Below, piece by piece: positions 57,174 to 64,000 of a stretch of DNA of 64,000 nucleotides. Numbering within the stretch: position 1 is the stretch's first letter; every line of letters begins with the position of its first letter. The notes beneath the pieces are model-generated. The model was not told where the DNA came from. It did not search any database and saw only the letters and a list, made by a program, of their open reading frames with translations. Source of the DNA: a virus; the IMG/VR virus record IMGVR_UViG_3300006735_000027, positions 1 through 64,000 of that record. The stretch is one strand, 5' to 3'. A program made the translations under genes and the position numbers.

Positions 57174-58910
57174 TCAAGCCCCCCGAGGACGGCGAGCGTC
57201 AAGGATGCTCTGGCCAGCCTGTTCGACGCCTCCCATAGGGGCGCCTCGTTGCTGAACACTGGAGAAGGGAGCGCCCGCACCCATGCTGGTGCGGTTCTGT
57301 GGACTGGCGGGACCGCGGTTCCTCAGACCGAAGCCCTCGCCGCCGGGGTTAGCCGCGCCGGGGACCTGTGCTTGACGACCCATCTGAGCAGCGAGTTGCG
57401 GCGGAATGTTCCGACCGGGCAAGGCTCCGGGCGTGCCCATGCCTCCACCCATTTGCATACCACCCATGGGCTGACCCTGCGGCGGTGGCTGTGCGCCCGG
57501 CTCAGGTTGCTTGTAGATGAAGCGAATGTCTCGGCTGGCATCTTCGACCAGCGTGGGCTGATAACCCATCATCATCATGCGCTGCGCGATGTTGACTTCC
57601 ATCTCATCGCGCCGTAGGCGTGTGACCTCGTCCTCTTCTTCGTTGGGATAGAGGCTCAACTTCCAATCGCTGACGTCCATCTGTTCAACCATGCGCGGGA
57701 AAAGATGCTCGGTGTAGACCTTGTGACCAAACTCAACTGCACGGTTGGTCACCAGAATCTGCATACCTTCGTTGTTCAGGCCGCCGGACTTGCCGGTGTC
57801 CATCATGAACACGTTCGACACACCGTAGAATGCGGCGATGCGCTGGCGCATCTCATCGCGTGCAGGGATGTACTGCATCTCCTCCAGAGAATCCATCAAC
57901 TTGACCCAGTTCACGCCACCCTTACCATTACCTTCCGTAGCAATCTTAGGGATGTAGTGCGGGTCGCGCTCCAACTTCTCATCCGTCGCCTTCCAAAACG
58001 ACTTCATGGATTCAAGGTTTTCCGTGGTGATGCTCAAGATTCCACGAGGAATGCGACGCTTCGAGTAGGCCGTGTACATGTAATTGTCCATGGCGGTCAA
58101 CGTCATGGCTTGTCGCCAGAGCGTTGAGACAGGGCTTCGGCCGTAGAGTTTCGACGGCTGGTACTTGCTGACGTGGATGACTTCGCCTTTGAGGTAGTAT
58201 TGCGTTTTGCCACTCCCAGCCGTGTTGACGTGATGCACGTCTTCCATCTCAGTGCCACACGTCGGGCAGAATTTGTCGTTCTCGGAATACGCCTTGACCT
58301 CGGTGCGGTGAATGGGGCAAACCCGGAAACGCCCGCCACGAACACCGCGCTTGTCGGCGATGATACGCATGAAGATAGGGTCGCCACGCACGACTTCTTT
58401 GATGCGATAGAAGGCCATTTCTTTCGTCTCAGGGTCCATGAAGTATTCTTTGATGAGGACGAGGAAAGCATCGTCGGTGATGTTGAGGTCGTACTCAATC
58501 TCACGCAGAACATCCATGAAAGTCTGTTCCATAGAGTTGCGTTGCTCAAGAAGCCAGCGAGCATAAACGAGTTGGTCGGGCTCAGGGTCACGCACTTCTC
58601 CACCACATTCGTTGCAGAGTTCAACGTCGTGCTGGTATTCTTTGTCGCATTCCGTACACTTCTTGTGAAACTTCTTCTCCCAACGGTAGCCACGGCGAAA
58701 GATTTCCTGCTGAAGCGTGCTAAGCACAGTGCGCAGGATGAGGTTTTCACTGGCCACGGCATACAGTGCAGGGATAGTGATACCTTGCACGAGGACAGGT
58801 TCTTGGATGCCTGTGGTCCACAGGGGCATCTGAGGCTCAGGCGTCGTCCTGCGACGGAACGGAGCACTCACAGATTCGAGCAAACGTCCGACACGACTCT
58901 TCTCCGCCAT
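57174..58910 (-). CDS. Portal protein with two Zn-ribbon insertions
   Basis: DLNITDDAFL, EVIHV....SKLYGRSP, IPRGIL and RIAAFYGVS. Start ATG 58910 (TGATG overlap). Confidence 0.88.
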   Translation of the reverse strand: MAEKSRVGRLLESVSAPFRRRTTPEPQMPLWTTGIQEPVLVQGITIPALYAVASENLILRTVLSTLQQEIFRRGYRWEKKFHKKCTECDKEYQHDVELCNECGGEVRDPEPDQLVYARWLLEQRNSMEQTFMDVLREIEYDLNITDDAFLVLIKEYFMDPETKEMAFYRIKEVVRGDPIFMRIIADKRGVRGGRFRVCPIHRTEVKAYSENDKFCPTCGTEMEDVHHVNTAGSGKTQYYLKGEVIHVSKYQPSKLYGRSPVSTLWRQAMTLTAMDNYMYTAYSKRRIPRGILSITTENLESMKSFWKATDEKLERDPHYIPKIATEGNGKGGVNWVKLMDSLEEMQYIPARDEMRQRIAAFYGVSNVFMMDTGKSGGLNNEGMQILVTNRAVEFGHKVYTEHLFPRMVEQMDVSDWKLSLYPNEEEDEVTRLRRDEMEVNIAQRMMMMGYQPTLVEDASRDIRFIYKQPEPGAQPPPQGQPMGGMQMGGGMGTPGALPGRNIPPQLAAQMGRQAQVPGAANPGGEGFGLRNRGPASPQNRTSMGAGAPFSSVQQRGAPMGGVEQAGQSILDARRPRGA

Positions 58911-60217
58911 CACAGACCCTCCGCCCAACTCATGACCGTATCGCGGTCGACTCCCCATTCTCGCAACGAGTCCTCACCTTTGGCAGTTCCGTCTCGGTTC
59001 GAGAACTGCACAAGTCGCTTCAACTGCGTCTTTCGTACAGGGTTCTCTTCACGGATGTAAGCCTTCACTGCCTTCGCCTGCATGTCTTTCATACGCAGAT
59101 GAGGGGTGATGCCGTCCAACAACTTGTGCAAGTCGTCCTTTGCGTAGAACGACACGCGGTGCTGACTCCGTTGAGTGTCCGAGTAGACCTTCTGGTCCAG
59201 TTGCAGAATGCCGGCTCCAATGTTCTTGTGCAACTGTTCGCAGTGCATGCGCCCTCGGTCGCCCGTAGCGATGAAGCCAGCGCGCGGCTCACCGCGCTCG
59301 GTAATGGTGATGTAACCGTCAGCGTCGAGGAAGCCCGCAGCGTAGGCCCAAGGGTCCTTCAGAATGAGGCCCTCTCGCGTCATGGAGATGAACTCTCCTC
59401 GGCGATGACCCTTGACGATGTTGACTTCCTCACCATACATGTTGAGCAACTTGGACAAGCGACCGGCCGTGATGCGACTGACGCCCTTCTCGACGAGGTT
59501 GCTGGTAATGGCACGAGCCGTCATAGCACCTTTCTCGTCAATCTCAGCCTTAGCCATCTGCATCCACTTCTGCTGCTCTTTGGTCAAGGAGTCAAACTGG
59601 TGCAGCGCTGTGCGCCACATTTTGCGAGCGTCCTGCTTTTGCTGCATAGCGCCGACCCACGCCTGCCGCTCTTCTTCACCCCAAACGTCAGCGAACTCGT
59701 CCAATTTTTCTAACGCATCCTCAGCCGCTTCCCAAACGTTGCAGGCTCGCACGAGACTGGACTTACGGGTGTTGCCGAACAAGCGCAGCGAGCGCAAGTC
59801 CTTGTTGGACAGCCCCATCTTACGCATGGTATCTGCGTGCGGTCCAGCCCAGTCGAAGAGGCTCAGCGTCGCTTCGACCTCCGTTCCTTTGAGAGTGCGA
59901 ATCCCGTGAATCAGTGCATCAATCTCTTCCTTGTCGTCTTTCAACACGCGACGCGCTTTACGCAAATCTCGGATAATGGACGACGCACTCTTACCGATGC
60001 GGTCCTCGAACCAACCTTCGCCAGTTGGTGAAAAGGGAGCATACTGCGGCGCTGGTGCGGGCTCTCCTGTGACGATGACGGTCTCAGATGCAATCGACTT
60101 GGCGATGTCGCCGTCGACCAGAGGGTGCGCGGTCAAACTGGATGCGATGGTCGACAAGAGGTCATGGCCCATGTCGATGTGCTGGGTTGGACCCCCTACG
60201 CTCAGACTTGGCCACAT
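58910..60217 (-). CDS. Protein with a helical N-terminus, HTH-like segment and C-terminal LAGLIDADG endonuclease domain
   Basis: AYAAGFLDADGYITI...LLDGITPHLRMK..QA. Confidence 0.8.
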   Translation of the reverse strand: MWPSLSVGGPTQHIDMGHDLLSTIASSLTAHPLVDGDIAKSIASETVIVTGEPAPAPQYAPFSPTGEGWFEDRIGKSASSIIRDLRKARRVLKDDKEEIDALIHGIRTLKGTEVEATLSLFDWAGPHADTMRKMGLSNKDLRSLRLFGNTRKSSLVRACNVWEAAEDALEKLDEFADVWGEEERQAWVGAMQQKQDARKMWRTALHQFDSLTKEQQKWMQMAKAEIDEKGAMTARAITSNLVEKGVSRITAGRLSKLLNMYGEEVNIVKGHRRGEFISMTREGLILKDPWAYAAGFLDADGYITITERGEPRAGFIATGDRGRMHCEQLHKNIGAGILQLDQKVYSDTQRSQHRVSFYAKDDLHKLLDGITPHLRMKDMQAKAVKAYIREENPVRKTQLKRLVQFSNRDGTAKGEDSLREWGVDRDTVMSWAEGL

Positions 60218-60245
60218 GGTGTTCCCTCATTTTGGTGCACTATAG

Positions 60246-61724
60246 TCATACCGTGAACCACGCACCCGCAACCCTGCGAGAAGGAGCATCGCCGAACCAG
60301 TCGTCAACTCCGTCGAGGTAATCGTCGAGCATCACGATGCTACCCTTGAACTCCTTGGTCGCCCAGTTGGCCAGTGCGAGGCTGACGGCCAAGTCGTCGT
60401 GCGAGCCCACGGACTCCATGCGCCCGTTCTTCTGCATGCCGAATCGGCTCAGTTCTGTTTCAAGCGTGCGCGTGAATTCTTTGCTTCGCTCGTCACCCCA
60501 CGGGGTCTTGATGTGGCCCTGCTCGAAAGCCATGAGCAGCGACATGAACATGCTCTCTTTCTTCTGACGCGTCGTCATGAACGTCTTGACGGGAATGTCC
60601 TCGCGCATGTCGCGCAACTCTGCCTCGAACATGCGTTGGAAGTTGTTGCCTTCCAACTCGATGAGGTCGGGCTGGAAGCGGTTGTTGAGCATGATGATGT
60701 GACGCTTCTGCGCCGTGCTGTTCAGCCCCTTCTGATGAACGACGTGCACGACTTCTTTCCGCTCGCTGCCCGGAGGCATGCGCATGACGGTCATGGCCGT
60801 GTAGTCAGCGTTCGAGTCGCTGGCGATGGCGGGGTCCCAGCCGATGAAGTGCTGACCAAACAAGCCGCTGGCTTCGCCTTCCTCGTCGTATTCGTTCTCT
60901 GCTCTGTCCATCAAGAACAGTTCTGAGTCGCGCGCCTTCTCCAGCAGCGTCATCGGGAACATGCTCGACATGTCGTGAATCGGCTCACATAGATACTCAC
61001 GTGCAAACTTGATGGCAGGCATGGACTCCTCACGCTGTTTGAGGGCATCAAGCGGCCATCGGTTTGGCCAGAGCGGCTCGCCGTTGGGCATAATCGCTGG
61101 ATAGGTCTCGACGGTGAACGTGTCTTTGTCCTCCAACTCAGCATACAGGTCATTGTACGAGAACGGGGTGCCGACCATCATCAGTCGGCCTGTGTGGTGC
61201 AGCACAGGGAGCAGAACGGTGTAGAACCAGTCGGCCGCACGCTGCAGTTCAGAACTGGTCGTGCCCCACAGAATGTCGTCGCAGACGACCACGTCGGGGT
61301 GGAACCCACGGGTTGCACCGCCCACGGACTTGGCCATGATACGGCTGCCGTTGGTGAACTCGAAGTAGGACTTGGCCCACGGCTTGCCCGCAGGCTTCAG
61401 GCCCTTGAGGATGTCCGAGGACTCAATGTTGTTGCGGATGAACCGCATGTGTTCCAGCGTCTGCTCCAGCGAGTGGGAGAAAATCATGACGTGTGTGTTG
61501 GGCTTGAACGCCGCCAACCAGAGTGCGTAGGACATGAAGAACACGGACTTGCCGTGGTCACGGCTCGCTTTCACGCAGTAGTAGCGGTGTTCGTTCAAGC
61601 CCTTGAGCCAATCCTCGTGATGGTCGGACAACTCGAACTCCAGAATGTCCGTGAAGAAGTATGCGAAGGACTTCTTGGACATCTGCGTGTCCATGTCGTG
61701 AATGAGGTTGTTGACGTCAGCCAC
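60246..61724 (-). CDS. terL: Terminase large subunit
   Basis: Walker A SRDHGKS, Walker B VVCDD, VGTP, FAREYLC, nuclease GWDPA and HDDLAVS. Confidence 0.93.
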   Translation of the reverse strand: MADVNNLIHDMDTQMSKKSFAYFFTDILEFELSDHHEDWLKGLNEHRYYCVKASRDHGKSVFFMSYALWLAAFKPNTHVMIFSHSLEQTLEHMRFIRNNIESSDILKGLKPAGKPWAKSYFEFTNGSRIMAKSVGGATRGFHPDVVVCDDILWGTTSSELQRAADWFYTVLLPVLHHTGRLMMVGTPFSYNDLYAELEDKDTFTVETYPAIMPNGEPLWPNRWPLDALKQREESMPAIKFAREYLCEPIHDMSSMFPMTLLEKARDSELFLMDRAENEYDEEGEASGLFGQHFIGWDPAIASDSNADYTAMTVMRMPPGSERKEVVHVVHQKGLNSTAQKRHIIMLNNRFQPDLIELEGNNFQRMFEAELRDMREDIPVKTFMTTRQKKESMFMSLLMAFEQGHIKTPWGDERSKEFTRTLETELSRFGMQKNGRMESVGSHDDLAVSLALANWATKEFKGSIVMLDDYLDGVDDWFGDAPSRRVAGAWFTV

Positions 61725-61725
61725 A

Positions 61726-62817
61726 TCAATCCACCCCTACGAGCCTACTCTGAGGATTCTGCTGCGCCCGCGCTTCACGAAATTTCTCCTCCTCTTTTCG
61801 ACGCTGTTCGCTCTGGCTCATCCCACTGAATGCGCGCGTCTGCAAGTCACTGATGCCTTGCCCCTCCTCACCCATTGGTTGAGAAGGCCTCACAGCAACA
61901 TCACCGGGCTCGTTCTCAGTTTGCATGTTGAATCCAGTTGCATCCGTCACACCTTGTCCTACACGGTCGGCTGTTTCGTTGCCACTGGCCACGCTACCGG
62001 GAGGAGCAGGAAGTGGGGGTAGTTGAACAGCAACTTCCTCTCCTCTTGCATTGGTAGGCCCTTGCCTCGCGGCCATGGCTGCAGCGGTTCGATGCTCCAA
62101 GTCGTCAATGCCCATTCCTCCCACCATATTACCGAAGTTGCGAGCCACTTGCGCATAACGCGCATCTTCTGCACCGAACTCATCACCACGAGCCGCTGCA
62201 CGCGCCTGTCTGAAACGTGCTCCTTCACGGCTCATTTGCGCTGCATCTGCTACGTTTTGTTGAGCCTGTTGACGGACTCCAACATTCGCCTCATTCGCGC
62301 GCCGAAGAGCCTCTTGCCGTTCAAACGCACGGCGGCGATTGTACGCGCCCGGATTCATCACACCCGCCGCAGCCCGACCTGCGAATCGACGTACTTTACC
62401 CGAGTCATCGTTTTCAAGCATAGCGAAACTACCGAGGTTACGCCCTTCCTGATACGGCTGCTCAAGTTCAGCCGCTCTCTCAGTAGCCCTGTCCAAGCGA
62501 CGCTGTTCACGAAGGTCAGCACGGGCTTGCCCAGTGCGCGTAGTGAGTCCTCGACCAATTCCGCGACCAAGTGCAGAGCCCTGAGCACCACCCGAAATGG
62601 CGCTTTGGACCAGCCCACCGAGACTACGGTGCTGGCCGGTCAGCGCACCCGCTGCACCAGCGAGCATGCCAAGTCCACCGAGCGCACGCTGCCCACGAGT
62701 GACGCCGACAGCGCCTCGTCCCCGACCGCCGCCACCACCGGTAACCAGAATTGGCGCACCGGTGACGGGGTACTGGACACCTACCGCTTTGCGAACAGCG
62801 ACCTTGTCCATCACCAC
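61726..62817 (-). CDS. Gly/Ala/Arg-rich protein with glycine-zipper hydrophobic segments
   Basis: ALGGLGMLAGAAGALTG...GGAQGSALGRGIG followed by coiled-coil and low-complexity regions. Confidence 0.65.
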   Translation of the reverse strand: MVMDKVAVRKAVGVQYPVTGAPILVTGGGGGRGRGAVGVTRGQRALGGLGMLAGAAGALTGQHRSLGGLVQSAISGGAQGSALGRGIGRGLTTRTGQARADLREQRRLDRATERAAELEQPYQEGRNLGSFAMLENDDSGKVRRFAGRAAAGVMNPGAYNRRRAFERQEALRRANEANVGVRQQAQQNVADAAQMSREGARFRQARAAARGDEFGAEDARYAQVARNFGNMVGGMGIDDLEHRTAAAMAARQGPTNARGEEVAVQLPPLPAPPGSVASGNETADRVGQGVTDATGFNMQTENEPGDVAVRPSQPMGEEGQGISDLQTRAFSGMSQSEQRRKEEEKFREARAQQNPQSRLVGVD

Positions 62818-64000
62818 TCACCTCGCAAGAAGCCGTCGAAGTAGCCCATCTTCTTCCTCAACAGGTCGAGGTCGGAGGCCACATCATTTGAGCGTTGCAC
62901 CAACGAGCCAGTGCCGATGTCGAAGAAGGTCTGGTCACGCGGAGTGCCGCGGAATTGCTGATACTGCTCCTCCAAAGCAGTGGCCGGGCGCATCGGATAA
63001 GGTGCGATTTGAGGAGCAGGAGCCACGCGGGGCTGAGGTACAGGCGCAGCAGGTGGAAGAGCCTGAGCCGTGGGAAGTTGAGGTGATGCGGGTGCGCCTC
63101 TTCCCTGCAAGAAATCGCCACGGAGTTCGGATAGAGGGCGTCTGATACCCACCTGCCCTTCAGATGCTTTCTCGGGAAGAGGTTGCGAAGGCTCCTTTCG
63201 GCCAATGGGCTCCACCTCGTTTGGAAAGTGCATTCTGTCCTCCCATACCACAGGCGCCTTTGAGTCGCCAAACGCAATGCGCCCGTGCGATTGGATGCCC
63301 TGTGTCGGGATGCTGCCCAAGGAAAATGATTCATGACCCGTGCGACCAAGCATGGCGTCGATGATGGACTCCGCTTTTTCGCGGAAACCGTCATGGTCCT
63401 CGTGCGGCCCAAAGCGCGTTCCCGCAGAAATGTCGGCTTCACGCACGCGTCGCATGACTTCGACCTTGGCCTCGTCTTCGGACATGCCTTGGTCCATCAA
63501 CTTCGCAGCCACGTGGCTCATGTGCGCCGCAATGTCTGCCGCGTGCTTGTTCGCTTTACGACCAAAGTCGCTGCTCGCATCTTGCACAGCCGCTGCAGCG
63601 TGTTCAGCGTGAATGCCGAACGACTCTTCGTTGTGGTCGGAGCCAATAGCCTGAAGCAACTGCTGCGTCAACTTCTTCGTTGCACCGTCGCCGCTGGGCA
63701 CGCCAACACGGTGACCCCCACTTTGGAACAGCATGCGCATGACGCGGGTGCTGGCCAACTTCTGCAACTCTTCGTCGCTCATATCGTCAGCAACGCCCAT
63801 GCCACGGATGCCGCTGGCGATGCGTTCCGGCAACGTCGTGCCGTCCTTGCTCTTGCGGCCACCAACCCGAGCCGTGGTGGGATGATAGTACACGTCAGGA
63901 AGCAACTTGGCCATCTGGTGCGCGTGCACTTCTGGATGCGAGCGCTGTTCTGCGCGGGCTTGCTTCAATTCTTCACTCAGGTAGTGGGGTGGAAGCGTAC
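62811..64000 (-). CDS. Hypothetical His/Pro-rich protein, 5'-truncated by the window edge
   Basis: Frame stays open to the end of the window. Confidence 0.65.
   Translation of the reverse strand, partial: TLPPHYLSEELKQARAEQRSHPEVHAHQMAKLLPDVYYHPTTARVGGRKSKDGTTLPERIASGIRGMGVADDMSDEELQKLASTRVMRMLFQSGGHRVGVPSGDGATKKLTQQLLQAIGSDHNEESFGIHAEHAAAAVQDASSDFGRKANKHAADIAAHMSHVAAKLMDQGMSEDEAKVEVMRRVREADISAGTRFGPHEDHDGFREKAESIIDAMLGRTGHESFSLGSIPTQGIQSHGRIAFGDSKAPVVWEDRMHFPNEVEPIGRKEPSQPLPEKASEGQVGIRRPLSELRGDFLQGRGAPASPQLPTAQALPPAAPVPQPRVAPAPQIAPYPMRPATALEEQYQQFRGTPRDQTFFDIGTGSLVQRSNDVASDLDLLRKKMGYFDGFLRGEW

Larger units (their letters stand above)
1..64000. mobile_element. Segment of a tailed archaeal virus genome (Magrovirus-like, probable Marine Group II euryarchaeal host)
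   Basis: Terminase, portal, prohead protease, HK97-like capsid and tail genes occur with archaeal-type RFC, PolB, AEP primase, MCM, ERCC4 and thermosome. No cellular housekeeping genes seen; genes tightly overlap and use GGAGG/GAGGTG Shine-Dalgarno sites. Confidence 0.9.

Noticed and set aside
58910-61724. Intein or intron in terminase or portal explaining the LAGLIDADG domain
   Set aside because: terL and portal are each complete, and there are no splice-junction residues (N-terminal C/S, C-terminal HN) around the domain.
1-64000. tRNA/rRNA genes, integrase or att sites
   Set aside because: Intergenic gaps are nearly all under 50 nt, and I recognised no cloverleaf, rRNA or recombinase motifs; a tRNAscan/Infernal run would confirm.

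Overview
The whole 64 kb window is a gene-dense segment of a tailed archaeal virus (Caudoviricetes). Its gene content best matches the 'Magrovirus' type infecting Marine Group II Euryarchaeota (Poseidoniales); this host is inferred, not shown. Two convergent modules meet at about 15,330. The + strand (1-15,325) is an archaeal-type replisome/recombination operon: ligase-like protein, RFC, putative SSB, P-loop ATPase, PCNA-like clamp, PolB, Cas4-like nuclease, fused primase, ERCC4 nuclease, MCM-like helicase, DnaQ exonuclease and a group II chaperonin. The - strand (15,333-64,000) is the virion module: terminase, LAGLIDADG protein, portal, a 1915-aa protein, prohead protease/scaffold, HK97-type capsid, tail genes, a 5241-aa giant protein and a tail fibre. 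Most notable: (1) two separate ATP-dependent ligase homologues both carry Met in place of the catalytic Lys, one embedded in a head-module protein with protease-site-like motifs; (2) a roughly 140-aa protein occupies the tape-measure position; (3) PolB has altered active-site motifs and sits beside a MazG-like gene; (4) GATC and AGCT appear to be avoided throughout; (5) a 24-bp direct repeat brackets an unannotated Zn-finger gene; (6) several small proteins carry PIP boxes. All assignments come from motif recognition by eye, without database searches.
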